35,131 nt of DNA, taken from assembly GCA_964493715.1 (NCBI GenBank), contig CAZBPC010000026.1, positions 1 through 35,131 of the forward strand, in the 5' to 3' direction. The DNA is from an uncultured archaeon. Its GTDB lineage: Archaea > Asgardarchaeota > Lokiarchaeia > Sigyniarchaeales > SOKP01. The position numbers and the translations under genes were made by a program. Each line of letters opens with the position of its first letter. Position 1 is the first letter of the stretch. Of this stretch, positions 1 to 8,990 are shown piece by piece. The notes beneath the pieces were generated by a model. It had not been told where the DNA came from. It ran no database searches and worked only from the letters and a program-made list of their open reading frames with translations.

Positions 1-576
1 ACTGACGTCCTTCAAGAACGATTTGGGCTTGAAATGCCCCAGATAGAGGTTGAAGAGGTCCAAAATCCCGACGTTAATGCACAAATTATGGCTGAACGAT
101 TAGCATATTCATTAGACCGAGGACGCCACTTCAGAAGGGCAGGATATTATATTCTACGAAAAGTTATGGATTCTGGAGAAGCGAGAGGTGTTGAAATAAT
201 CGTTTCAGGCAAGGTCACTTCCCAAAGAGCCAGAACTCAAATATTTAGAGCAGGAACCATGTCTAAATCGGGTCAACCCGCCCAAGAGGGAGTGGATAAA
301 GGAGTTGCTCAATGTATCCAAAAATCTGGAACCCTTGGAATCATCGTGAAAATAATGAGAGCAGATACCAGAATGGGAGATACAGTAACATTAAATAGGG
401 ATTTATTATCAAAAGCTCAAACAAAAGCAGAAGCAAAATTGGCTAAAACTCGTGTTGAGTATAAGATTGAGGAAGAAGAGGGAGCTGAACTCTCAATCGA
501 GGATAAGGAATTACTTGATAAAGTGGATGAAGAAGATATATCAGAAATCTCATTAAAACCCGACGATGAGGTTTAA
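1..576 (+). CDS. rps3: 30S ribosomal protein uS3, 5'-truncated by the window edge
   Basis: Frame is open from base 1 (TDVLQERFGLEMPQIEV). S3 C-domain motifs HFRRAGY and GVEIIVSGK, plus an acidic C-terminal tail. Confidence 0.95.
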   Translation, partial: TDVLQERFGLEMPQIEVEEVQNPDVNAQIMAERLAYSLDRGRHFRRAGYYILRKVMDSGEARGVEIIVSGKVTSQRARTQIFRAGTMSKSGQPAQEGVDKGVAQCIQKSGTLGIIVKIMRADTRMGDTVTLNRDLLSKAQTKAEAKLAKTRVEYKIEEEEGAELSIEDKELLDKVDEEDISEISLKPDDEV

Positions 577-622
577 AATAATAATTAATAAAAAGTTAGC
601 ATCTAAAATTGAGTGAGTTAAA

Positions 623-820
623 ATGGATATTATTACCGCTGAAAAAATCCGAGAAATGGATGAAAGGGAAAGGGAAAGGACCTTAATCAGTTTACGTGAG
701 GAGTTAATGATGCTTTATAGCATGCAAACTGGAGGTGGGCTTTCAGATAATCCCGCTAAGGCTAAAATACTTAGAAAACAAATCGCTAGAGTATTAACAA
801 TAAAAAATGAGAAAAAATAA
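623..820 (+). CDS. rpl29: 50S ribosomal protein uL29
   Basis: 65 aa, IREM...LREEL...NPAKAKILRKQIARVLTI; canonical position after S3. Confidence 0.95.
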   Translation: MDIITAEKIREMDERERERTLISLREELMMLYSMQTGGGLSDNPAKAKILRKQIARVLTIKNEKK

Positions 821-1113
821 TGATGATTGATCCAAAATATTTGATTTATCACGATCTGATTGGTTTCCATGTGTTAGCAAGACATGTATTTAAAGATCAA
901 GATAAATTTTCAGATTGTGGAGTGGTCATTGATGATACAAAAAATATGTTACACATTAAGAAAGATAATATTATAAAAAAATTAGTTAAGAAGGATTATA
1001 TATTTAGAATTAAGCTTGAAGATGGATTACTTGAAGTAAATGGATCCAAAATTATTGGTGTCCCAGAAAATAGATTAAGAAGCTTAAAAAAGAAAAAACG
1101 GTTGAGAAGATAA
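820..1113 (+). CDS. rnp1: Ribonuclease P protein subunit Rpp29/POP4
   Basis: HDLIG...GVVIDDTKNML...EVNGSKIIGVPENRL; canonical archaeal position between L29 and S17. Confidence 0.92.
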   Translation: MMIDPKYLIYHDLIGFHVLARHVFKDQDKFSDCGVVIDDTKNMLHIKKDNIIKKLVKKDYIFRIKLEDGLLEVNGSKIIGVPENRLRSLKKKKRLRR

Positions 1114-1114
1114 A

Positions 1115-1465
1115 ATGAGTATTAGAAATATAGGAATTCCCGGAATAACACCCCCCACAGCAAAAGAATGTGGAGATAATGATTGCCCTTACCACGGAAC
1201 TACAAGGATTAGGGGAAAGATCACTCAAGGAGTGGTAGTAAGTAAGAAATCTAAAAATACAGTAATAATTCGACAGGATTATGTTAAATTTATTAAGAAA
1301 TATCAGCGATATGAAAGACGTAATTCTCGACTGTCATGCCATCTACCCTTATGTTTAAGAAATGAGATAAATTTAGGAGATTTAGTAAGGGTAGGTGAGA
1401 GTCGAAAACTTTCAAAAACAAAATCATTTATTGTGTTAGATAAAGTATCAAGAGGGGCTGTCTAA
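1115..1465 (+). CDS. rps17: 30S ribosomal protein uS17
   Basis: CGDNDCPYHG, KYQRYERR and GESRKLSKTKSF motifs. Confidence 0.96.
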   Translation: MSIRNIGIPGITPPTAKECGDNDCPYHGTTRIRGKITQGVVVSKKSKNTVIIRQDYVKFIKKYQRYERRNSRLSCHLPLCLRNEINLGDLVRVGESRKLSKTKSFIVLDKVSRGAV

Positions 1466-1891
1466 ATGGGTACAAGAAGAAAGTCGGGCGCAAAGAAAAT
1501 TTCTATGCCCCGAACGAGTTACGGAGTTCAAAATGGTACTAGAATTCTTATTGCAGATAATTCGGGTGCAAAAATAGCTGAAATTATAAATGTAGATCAT
1601 TCTAAAACCAGATTAAATAGATTACCAAAAGCTACTGTAGGTTCTGTTTGTACAGTAACTATTAAAAAGGGTCGACCTGAATTGCGTGGAAATATCTTGA
1701 AAGCAGTTATTGTTCGACAAAAGATGATGTTCAAACGAATTGATGGAACTCGATTATGTTTCGAAGACAATGCAGGGGTTATCATTTCAAAAGAAGGAGA
1801 TCCAAAAGGAACAGAAATTAGGGGTCCAATCGCGAGAGAAGCCGCTGAAAGGTTTCCGAGATTAGCCTCAATATCATCACTAATAATATAA
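1466..1891 (+). CDS. rpl14: 50S ribosomal protein uL14
   Basis: ADNSGAK, FEDNAGVI and KGTEIRGPIAREAAERFPR motifs. Confidence 0.97.
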   Translation: MGTRRKSGAKKISMPRTSYGVQNGTRILIADNSGAKIAEIINVDHSKTRLNRLPKATVGSVCTVTIKKGRPELRGNILKAVIVRQKMMFKRIDGTRLCFEDNAGVIISKEGDPKGTEIRGPIAREAAERFPRLASISSLII

Positions 1892-1905
1892 GAAAAGTGA
1901 ATAAT

Positions 1906-2334
1906 ATGAAAGTTAAATCAATACAACCTAGAAAACAAAGAAAAGCATTATTCAATTATAGAAGTTATCAGCGATCAAAATTATTATCCACACGTTTAGC
2001 AGATTTCTTACGAGAAGAGTATGGAATTAAAAAGTTACCTTTAAGGGTGGGAGATCAAGTTAGGGTGTTAGGTGGGGAATTTAAAGATTTTGAAGGAGAA
2101 GTTATTGAAGTAATGAAAAACCAACGCGCTCAAGTGAAAGAATGCGTATTTGATAAAAATGATGGAACACAATACCATCCATCCCTTCATGTTTCAAAAC
2201 TCATTATAACTAAGTTTGGAGATGAACGAAAAATGGATCCTTGGAGAGCTAGGATTATTGAAAGGAAAGCTTTATACGGATTTGGAACTGAAGAATTAAA
2301 AGCACCTAAAAAAGAAAAAGGAGAGAAATTATAA
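1906..2334 (+). CDS. rpl24: 50S ribosomal protein uL24
   Basis: SIQPRKQRK and KOW motif LRVGDQVRVLGGEFK. ATG at 1906 preferred over GTG at 1897. Confidence 0.95.
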   Translation: MKVKSIQPRKQRKALFNYRSYQRSKLLSTRLADFLREEYGIKKLPLRVGDQVRVLGGEFKDFEGEVIEVMKNQRAQVKECVFDKNDGTQYHPSLHVSKLIITKFGDERKMDPWRARIIERKALYGFGTEELKAPKKEKGEKL

Positions 2335-3086
2335 TGGCTAGGCACGGAGGCAAGAAAACATTAAAAAGATTTAATACACCCAAGTATGTACAATTAGAAA
2401 GAAAGCAAGGAACTTTCTTCGTTAATGCATCATCTGGTCCACACGCAAAAAGATTTTCTTTAACTCTATTACACGTTGTAAGAGATCTTCTAAAAATAGT
2501 TGACAATTATCGTGAGGCAAAAAAATTAATTGGTTTAGGCTATTTTAAAGTTGATGGACGAACTATAAAGGATAAGGCTTTTCCTCTGGGAATAATGGAT
2601 GTTCTAAGTATTGAAAAAATAAATACTCATTTCCGGATATTGCCTGATTCTCATCACGGGTTAATTTTACATGAGATCCCTGCTGAAGAGAGCACTTTCA
2701 AATTATGTAGGATTGACCAAAAAACTACGATTAAAGGTGGACATATTCAATTGCATCTCCATGATGGACGTAATATTCTTATTAATGTTAAAGATCCTAA
2801 GAATCCCAAAGAAGATATTTACAAAAGAATGGATGTATTGAAAATTTCGGTTCCTGAACAAGAAATACTTAAAGTTTATCGGTTTAAAGAAGGAAATCTA
2901 GCAATAATCCTATCAGGAAAAAATATTGGTCAAGTTGGGAAGATAGTTAATATACTTAAACGATTTGGTCCTAAAGCTAGCACTGTATCCATTCAACATG
3001 ATTCTGATCATACTGAAACACTTTATGATTATACTTTTATTATTGGAGAAGAACAAGCAGAGATAAATTTACCATCAATTATATAA
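2334..3086 (+). CDS. rps4e: 30S ribosomal protein eS4
   Basis: SSGPH, FPLGIMDV, KGGHIQLHLHDGRN and GKNIGQVGKI motifs. Confidence 0.97.
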   Translation: MARHGGKKTLKRFNTPKYVQLERKQGTFFVNASSGPHAKRFSLTLLHVVRDLLKIVDNYREAKKLIGLGYFKVDGRTIKDKAFPLGIMDVLSIEKINTHFRILPDSHHGLILHEIPAEESTFKLCRIDQKTTIKGGHIQLHLHDGRNILINVKDPKNPKEDIYKRMDVLKISVPEQEILKVYRFKEGNLAIILSGKNIGQVGKIVNILKRFGPKASTVSIQHDSDHTETLYDYTFIIGEEQAEINLPSII

Positions 3087-3110
3087 ATAAAATTATAGAG
3101 AGATAACCAA

Positions 3111-3704
3111 ATGTCATCTACATCAAATAAAAATTCCAAAATTGTTGGAGCAACACAATTTGAAGAATTATGGAAAAACCCCATGAAAAAACCATTTTTA
3201 GAGAAAATAGTGCTAAATATAGGTATGGGAAGTGGAGGAGAAGAATTAGAAAAAGCTTCGACAGTTTTAGAAACGATCTCTGGAATGAAAGCTGTAAAAA
3301 CGATATCAAAAAAAAATGTAAAGGAATTTAACTTGAGGAAAGGCAGGGCAATAGGTACTAAAGTCACTGTGAGAGGAGCTGAAGCGGGAAAGCTTCTAAA
3401 AAGGTTATTAATTGTAAACAATAATAAAATCTTACGTAAAAGTTTTGATAATTTTGGAAACTTTGGATTTGGCATAACAGAACACATAACCATCCCTGGA
3501 GTAGATTATGATAACTTGATTGGAATTTTTGGATTGGATGTTGTTGGAAGGATAGTTAGACCTGGGATGAGAGTAAAATATAGAAGAATTCACAGAGCTA
3601 AAGTACCAAGACATCATTACGTATCTAAAGAAGAAGCAAAATATTTCTTAAAAGTTAATTTTGGAGTAGAAATTGTAAATAAATTAGAATTAGAATATTT
3701 TTAA
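3111..3704 (+). CDS. rpl5: 50S ribosomal protein uL5
   Basis: NPMKKPFLEKIVLNIGMG, IGTKVTVRG and FDNFGNFGFGITEH motifs. Confidence 0.97.
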   Translation: MSSTSNKNSKIVGATQFEELWKNPMKKPFLEKIVLNIGMGSGGEELEKASTVLETISGMKAVKTISKKNVKEFNLRKGRAIGTKVTVRGAEAGKLLKRLLIVNNNKILRKSFDNFGNFGFGITEHITIPGVDYDNLIGIFGLDVVGRIVRPGMRVKYRRIHRAKVPRHHYVSKEEAKYFLKVNFGVEIVNKLELEYF

Positions 3705-3725
3705 AATTAAAAAAAGGATGATTAA

Positions 3726-3875
3726 ATGCCACAAGGAAGACATAGCGGAAAAGGTCAAAGAGAATGCAGAAGATGCCATACTCATCGAGCAGTGATTAGA
3801 AGATATGGATTATATATCTGCAGGAGATGTTTCTATGAAATTGGAACAGAAATTGGTTTCCGCCGTTATGAATAA
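3726..3875 (+). CDS. rps14: 30S ribosomal protein uS14 (zinc finger), absent from the ORF track
   Basis: Hand translation [49 protein letters not shown] (49 aa), with two CxxC motifs, between L5 and S8. Confidence 0.96.
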   Translation: MPQGRHSGKGQRECRRCHTHRAVIRRYGLYICRRCFYEIGTEIGFRRYE

Positions 3876-3901
3876 TATAGTAAAAAAAATATGAGGTGTA
3901 T

Positions 3902-4320
3902 ATGAAATTGACAAATACAGTAGCAGATGCTTGTAATCTTTTAAAAAATGCGGAAATGGCCAGGAAGAAAGAAGTGGTCATTAGTCCAGCGAGTAACTTA
4001 ATGCAACGCATTCTTCGTATCTTTCAGCAACACGCTTACATAGGCGAAATTTAATAGGAATTCCTATTAAACGCAAGTTTGAAAGATATGACGATGGACG
4101 GGTAGGTAAGTTCAAAGTGGCTTTAGGAGGAAAAATCAACGAATGCAAGGCCTTAATGAGGCTTAATTATGGTTTTGGAGATTTTGAGAGATTAGAGCGA
4201 ACATTATTACCTGCTCCCGGACTGGGATTAATTATATTAACTACAAATCAGGGTGTAATGACCATGAAAGAAGCCGAAGAAAAGAAGATCGGTGGCATGA
4301 CATTATGCTATGTTTATTAG
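3902..4320 (+). CDS. rps8: 30S ribosomal protein uS8, split by a 29-nt intron: join(3902..4048,4078..4320), 129 aa
   Basis: Exon 1 MKLTNTVADACNLLKNAEMARKKEVVISPASNLMQRILRIFQQHAYIGE, then ATT TAA TAG. Exon 2 in another frame, FERYDDGRVGKFKV...TTNQGVMT...GGMTLCYVY. Joining restores the conserved YIGEFExxDDGR. Confidence 0.93.
4049..4077 (+). other. Putative BHB-type mRNA intron in rps8 (29 nt)
   Basis: Perfect 22-nt palindrome TTTAATAGGAATTCCTATTAAA (4050-4071), bulge AA|A (4047-4049), central helix GGCG/CGCA (3 of 4 pairs), bulge AG|T (4076-4078). The cuts restore the frame. Confidence 0.82.
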
Positions 4321-4339
4321 GAAATTGGAGGTATGAACC

Positions 4340-4918
4340 ATGGTAAAAACAATGTATCTTGAAGAAAAATTAGTGATTCCAGATGGAGTTGAAGTTACTG
4401 CCGATGAGAATCACCACATCACTGTAAAAGGTCCTAATGGCTTGATATCTAAAGACTTTTCTCATGTTAGAGGAATAAAAATAGCAGTTGAAGGAGATTC
4501 AATAAATTTTTCAACTAGTTTCCCTAAAAGAGGAACACTTGCTTTAACTAAAACAATTTACAATATAATAAAAAATTTAATAATTGGTGTCCAAACAAAT
4601 TATAAATATTCATGTAAAATTTGTTATAGCCACTTCCCCTTTAATGCTGAAATCAAACAAAAAAATAAAGAAATTCATTTTGTGAATTTTTTAGGCGAAC
4701 GAGCTCCTAGAGTGACTCAATATTTAGAAAATGTATCTGTTGAAATCCAAGGTGATGATGTAATATTGATAGGTCCAGACAAAGAAACATTGGGTCAAAC
4801 TGCAGCCAATATGCAAAAGAGTTGCCGTATTCGGAAAAAAGACCATCGTGTTTTTCAAGATGGCGTGTATTTGTATAAAAAACAGCTAGGTGACGAAGTT
4901 CTCTGGCAAATAAGATAG
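4340..4918 (+). CDS. rpl6: 50S ribosomal protein uL6
   Basis: VKGPNG, YSHFP, NFLGERAPR and DHRVFQDGVY motifs. Confidence 0.97.
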   Translation: MVKTMYLEEKLVIPDGVEVTADENHHITVKGPNGLISKDFSHVRGIKIAVEGDSINFSTSFPKRGTLALTKTIYNIIKNLIIGVQTNYKYSCKICYSHFPFNAEIKQKNKEIHFVNFLGERAPRVTQYLENVSVEIQGDDVILIGPDKETLGQTAANMQKSCRIRKKDHRVFQDGVYLYKKQLGDEVLWQIR

Positions 4919-4931
4919 GTGATGTGGAATT

Positions 4932-5411
4932 ATGGTAGAAAAAAGACTAATGGATTTAAGAAAAACTATTGCTAAACATCGTCCAAGTTTTCGGCGTGTT
5001 GAATCATGGCGACTCATAAGAGTAAAAGATCCTTGGAGAAAGGCACGAGGCATCGATTCACGAACTCGAATAAAATCTAAATCTGGAGTAAAATCACCTT
5101 CAGTTGGATATCGTGGACCAAAAAAAGTTAGAGGAATGCACCCTTCTGGATATGAAGAGATCAGAATCGTAAGTATTGAAGATCTCAAAAATTTAAATAA
5201 TAAAAAACATGCTTTAAAATTATCTAGTAGGTTGGGAGCGAAAAAAAGATTGTCCATAATTGAGTATGCTCAAAATCGGGGATTTAAAGTATTAAATATT
5301 GGAATGTCTCAAAAGGAATTAGCAGATTTGGAATCAATGTTGGAATCTTCATTCGACGATGAGGAATATCTTGGTGTTGATGACCTAGAAGAAGAATTAA
5401 AGGATGATTAA
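4932..5411 (+). CDS. rpl32e: 50S ribosomal protein eL32 with acidic C-terminal extension
   Basis: RPSFRRVESWR, WRKARGIDS and GYRGPKKVRGMHPSG motifs. Confidence 0.96.
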   Translation: MVEKRLMDLRKTIAKHRPSFRRVESWRLIRVKDPWRKARGIDSRTRIKSKSGVKSPSVGYRGPKKVRGMHPSGYEEIRIVSIEDLKNLNNKKHALKLSSRLGAKKRLSIIEYAQNRGFKVLNIGMSQKELADLESMLESSFDDEEYLGVDDLEEELKDD

Positions 5412-5432
5412 ATAATAAATTAGTGATATATT

Positions 5433-5888
5433 ATGAGTTTAAAAGCCCAAAAAAGAATGGCCGCTCAAATTTTGAAATGTGGTGAGAATCGAGTTTATTT
5501 TGATCCTTACTTAATCGAAGATATACGGATGGCAATCACACGAGAAGACATCCGTAACTTGATAAAAGAAGGTGTCATTCTAAAGAAATATGAAATAGGT
5601 ATCTCAAAACATAGAAAAAATGTCAGACATGAAAGAAAAGTAAAAGGAAGAGCGAGAGGTTTAGGAAAAAGAAAAGGAAAGAAAACTGCTAGAACTCCTA
5701 AGAAGCAGGCCTGGATGAAAAAGATACGTCCTCAAAGAAAAGAGCTTAAAAAATTAAGAGATCGAAAATTAATTACGACAGCAACATATAGAAAACTCTA
5801 CAAGAATGCAAAAGGAGGTATGTTTCATAGTGTTGCCCAAATGCACCGCCATATAAAAGAAAAGGAACTTTTGAAACGAGGGAGATAA
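5433..5888 (+). CDS. rpl19e: 50S ribosomal protein eL19
   Basis: QKRMAAQILKCGENRV, AITREDIR and YRKLYKNAKGG motifs. Confidence 0.97.
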   Translation: MSLKAQKRMAAQILKCGENRVYFDPYLIEDIRMAITREDIRNLIKEGVILKKYEIGISKHRKNVRHERKVKGRARGLGKRKGKKTARTPKKQAWMKKIRPQRKELKKLRDRKLITTATYRKLYKNAKGGMFHSVAQMHRHIKEKELLKRGR

Positions 5889-5890
5889 AA

Positions 5891-6484
5891 TTGGCAAAAG
5901 GACCAAAATACAGAATACCAAATAGAAGAAGAGCTGAAGGTAAGACAAATTATCATAGGAGATTGAGGTTATTAAAATCAGGAAAGTTGAGAACTGTAAT
6001 CAGAGCTTCAAATAATCATATTACCGTTCAAGTTGTCCAATCAAAATTAAAAGGAGACAAAATATTAATTTCAGCTCATTCAAAAGAATTACTAACTAAT
6101 TATGGTTGGAATGCAAATACAGGAAATATTCCAGCTGCCTATCTTACAGGATATCTTGCTGGTATTAGAGCAAAAAAAAATGGCATTGATGAAGCAATCC
6201 TTGATTTGGGGTTATTTTATCATAAAAATCGTGTTCTAGCGGCGTTTAAAGGCGTTCTAAAAGCTGGCATTGAAATTCCCTATAGTGAAGAATTCTTTCC
6301 AGAAAATCTTGAAGAAAGAACTAATGGTTCTCATATAGAAAATTATGCACAATTATTGAAAAAAGAAGAACCTGAGAGATATGAACAAATCTTCTCGGGA
6401 TATTTGAAAAAAAGGAAAATAAATCCTTTGAAAATTAATCAAATTATTACAAATACAATAAAATCAATAGAAAATAAAGCTTAA
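5891..6484 (+). CDS. rpl18: 50S ribosomal protein uL18
   Basis: RRRAEGKTNYHRR and NIPAAYLTGYLAG motifs; TTG start. Confidence 0.96.
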   Translation: MAKGPKYRIPNRRRAEGKTNYHRRLRLLKSGKLRTVIRASNNHITVQVVQSKLKGDKILISAHSKELLTNYGWNANTGNIPAAYLTGYLAGIRAKKNGIDEAILDLGLFYHKNRVLAAFKGVLKAGIEIPYSEEFFPENLEERTNGSHIENYAQLLKKEEPERYEQIFSGYLKKRKINPLKINQIITNTIKSIENKA

Positions 6485-6498
6485 AAAAGTGAAATTTT

Positions 6499-7113
6499 AT
6501 GAGTCGTCCTAGAAATATGGAAGAAGCTTGGGTACCTAAAACGCAATTAGGTGAACTAGTGCAAAGTGGACTAATTACAATTGATAAGATCTTTGAAAAT
6601 AATCTTGTAGTAAAGGAAAAGCAAATTATTGATGTTCTTTTGCCACAATTAAAAGAAGATGTAGTCACCATTAAAATGGTTCAACAAATGACCGCTAGCG
6701 GTCAACGATCTAAATTTAAAGCAGTGGTGCTTATTGGATCTGATGGATTTATCGGAGTTGGTTCTACAAAAAGTAGAGAGGTGGGACCTGCAATTAGGAA
6801 GGCAATCGATAAAGCGAAACTTTCTGTTATACCTATTCTAAGGGGGTGTGGAAGCAAAGAATGCGGTTGCGGGCATACACACAGTATTCCATTTAAAGTA
6901 AAAGGAAAGTGTGGTTCAGTTAAAATTGAATTGATTCCTGCTCCAGCAGGAGTTGGATTAGTATGTGCTGATAAGGTTAAACAACTCCTTCGATTAGCTG
7001 GAATTGAAGATATATGGAGTAAAACATATGGTGATACAAGAACAAGTGAAAATCTCGTTAAGGCGACCTTCAATGCTTTGAAACAAGCTCATAAGTTCAA
7101 TTTTAATATATAA
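6499..7113 (+). CDS. rps5: 30S ribosomal protein uS5
   Basis: WVPKTQLG, RGCGSKECGCG and LIPAPAGVGL motifs. Confidence 0.97.
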   Translation: MSRPRNMEEAWVPKTQLGELVQSGLITIDKIFENNLVVKEKQIIDVLLPQLKEDVVTIKMVQQMTASGQRSKFKAVVLIGSDGFIGVGSTKSREVGPAIRKAIDKAKLSVIPILRGCGSKECGCGHTHSIPFKVKGKCGSVKIELIPAPAGVGLVCADKVKQLLRLAGIEDIWSKTYGDTRTSENLVKATFNALKQAHKFNFNI

Positions 7114-7120
7114 TATAAGA

Positions 7121-7663
7121 GTGGTAGTCATGATGGCTGAACAAAAAATTGTAACAAAAAAAAAAAGTAAAAAAGTGGTTAAACCACCAGTTCTCTATTT
7201 CGCTATACGAGTTAGAGGGGCCCCAGGAATGAAAGGAAAAATTCTAGATACAATTAAGATGCTAAGAATGCATAAAGTAAATCATGGTGTCTTGTTATGG
7301 GGGGAAAAAAGTGTAATAGGGATGCTTATAAAATGTAAGGATTATATTGCATATGGTGAAATTGATGAAAAAACCTTAGTTAGGCTTTTACGAGTTAGAG
7401 GTAGGATAGAGGGAAATACTCCACTCACGGATGAGCACGTTAAGAATTTAACTAAGTATGCAAACATAAAGGAATTAGCAAAAGCTCTATTAATAGGAGA
7501 AATACAATATAAAGAAAAGGATATCTACAAAATTAAGCCTGTTTTTCGAATGCACCCCCCTCAGAAAGGATTTAGGGGATCAATCAAAAAACATTATAAT
7601 GAAGGCGGTACCTTAGGCTATGTAGAGAATTACATTAATGAATTAATTCAAAAAATGATATAA
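7121..7663 (+). CDS. rpl30: 50S ribosomal protein uL30 (long archaeal form)
   Basis: AIRVRG, DYIAYGE and PVFRMHPPQKG motifs. The true start may be ATG 7130 or 7133. Confidence 0.95.
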   Translation: MVVMMAEQKIVTKKKSKKVVKPPVLYFAIRVRGAPGMKGKILDTIKMLRMHKVNHGVLLWGEKSVIGMLIKCKDYIAYGEIDEKTLVRLLRVRGRIEGNTPLTDEHVKNLTKYANIKELAKALLIGEIQYKEKDIYKIKPVFRMHPPQKGFRGSIKKHYNEGGTLGYVENYINELIQKMI

Positions 7664-7680
7664 TGTGGTGAAGCATAAAC

Positions 7681-8163
7681 ATGAGAAAATATCCTAGTAA
7701 AATAAGAAAGAAAAGAGGTACTCGCGTTATCGGTTATGGACGAGTCGGTCAACATCGAAAAGCAGGTCAGAGGGCTGGAAAAGGAAAAACTACGGGATGG
7801 AAAAAGAGCAATAAATCTTATTTCTTAAAACAGCAAGAGTTAGGCTTTCCAGATCCAGATTGGGCAAAACTCAACCCAAAAAATAAAAAGGGATTCAAAC
7901 GTCCACAAGATATAAATCGAATATATCATGTAAATACAATGAACATTAAGGATTTAGATTTTAACATTGAAAAATATTCTCAAAGAACTAAAGCTTCAAA
8001 ATCAGGAAGCACATACACCATTAATTTAAACGATCTAAACATCCAGAAAATATTAGGTCGTGGCGAAATTTCTAAACCCATAAACGTGACCGTGAATCAA
8101 GCGTCAAAACGAGCAATTGAAAAAATTGAAGCCGCTGGTGGAAAAGTATCTCTCAGTTCCTAA
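7681..8163 (+). CDS. rpl15: 50S ribosomal protein uL15
   Basis: GYGRVGQHRKAG, KILGRG and ASKRAIEKIEAAGG motifs. Confidence 0.96.
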   Translation: MRKYPSKIRKKRGTRVIGYGRVGQHRKAGQRAGKGKTTGWKKSNKSYFLKQQELGFPDPDWAKLNPKNKKGFKRPQDINRIYHVNTMNIKDLDFNIEKYSQRTKASKSGSTYTINLNDLNIQKILGRGEISKPINVTVNQASKRAIEKIEAAGGKVSLSS

Positions 8164-8168
8164 TCACA

Positions 8169-8190
8169 AATTGTTAAAAAATTAACAATT
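8169..8190. terminator. Possible bidirectional terminator between convergent genes
   Basis: Inverted repeat AATTGTTAA-AAAA-TTAACAATT followed by T-rich sequence. Confidence 0.4.
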
Positions 8191-8218
8191 TTCTACTTTA
8201 TTAATTAAAATGAATTTT

Positions 8219-8869
8219 TCAATCCAATAATTTTATTATTAATTGGATTAATCCTGGAAGAATAAAAATAAACCCCAATACGTTCCCGATAAGGTGTATT
8301 GTAGTAAATATTATTCCCGAAAGGTAAGTAGTCAAGAAATATTCAACTGATTGAGAAAATAACATGGCTCCAAAAAATGTGCTCAAAATATCATAAAAAA
8401 ACGTGATTAACGCTCCAGTCAATCCTAATATTACCAAAATAGGAAATATATAGAGATCGTCTTTTGGTTTAAAATACTCACGTTTATTAAAATATTGTCT
8501 TAAAAAACCACCTAATAATCCTGTCAAGGAGTAATGCGCAATCTGGTATAGGAAAAGTGGAAGCGCCACTACTGAAGAACCTATTGGATTAAAGAAGGTA
8601 AATATCATGGAACTTAATAAACCAACGATCAATCCTTCCTTTTTACCCAATATGAATCCAGATAAGAAGACGGTTAGGGTAAAGATTTCAATGTTAGGAA
8701 TAAATGCGAGCATGTAGCCAAACACTACTGCTAATGCCGCAAAAGTACTCAAGATCGCAATTTTAAACGTGGGTTTTTCAAGCCAAGTGGAAATATTCTC
8801 TCTCTCGGTTGCCTTTTTAAATATGGAGACTTCCATCTCACCTTTAAGATCTGAATTTTCTAATTCCAT
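8219..8869 (-). CDS. ECF transporter S component (possibly cobalamin/CbrT-like)
   Basis: About 6 TM helices, IPNIE motif and F-x-x-G-x-x-x-G-x-x-x-G pattern typical of S components. Confidence 0.75.
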   Translation of the reverse strand: MELENSDLKGEMEVSIFKKATERENISTWLEKPTFKIAILSTFAALAVVFGYMLAFIPNIEIFTLTVFLSGFILGKKEGLIVGLLSSMIFTFFNPIGSSVVALPLFLYQIAHYSLTGLLGGFLRQYFNKREYFKPKDDLYIFPILVILGLTGALITFFYDILSTFFGAMLFSQSVEYFLTTYLSGIIFTTIHLIGNVLGFIFILPGLIQLIIKLLD

Positions 8870-8878
8870 CGCTGAGAA

Positions 8879-8908
8879 CTCATATTAGTATTATTTAAGT
8901 AATATGAG
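8879..8908. promoter_or_regulatory. Perfect 9-bp inverted repeat in a divergent promoter region (candidate operator)
   Basis: CTCATATTA-N12-TAATATGAG, about 10 nt upstream of the S-component start. Confidence 0.4.
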
Positions 8909-8990
8909 ATAGCATAAAAAGATTAGGATAAGTTTCCCAATCTTTATATTTTTTCCTAAATATTATTATAATAATTAAAAAAAATTTATT

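Noticed and set aside
663-680. GAAAGG x3 tandem repeat in rpl29
   Set aside because: It simply encodes ERERER in frame.
4117-4320. ORF-track 67-aa protein as a stand-alone gene, or rps8 as a pseudogene or programmed frameshift
   Set aside because: It is the C-terminal part of uS8. There are 29 extra nucleotides with in-frame stops and both halves are fully conserved, which fits an intron better than slippage or decay.
7853-7897. Hairpin TTGGG...CCCAA in rpl15 at an apparently lengthened segment (WAKLNPKNKKGF); possible in-frame intron
   Set aside because: The BHB registers I tested give 14-, 16- or 38-nt excisions, all of which would frameshift an already intact ORF.
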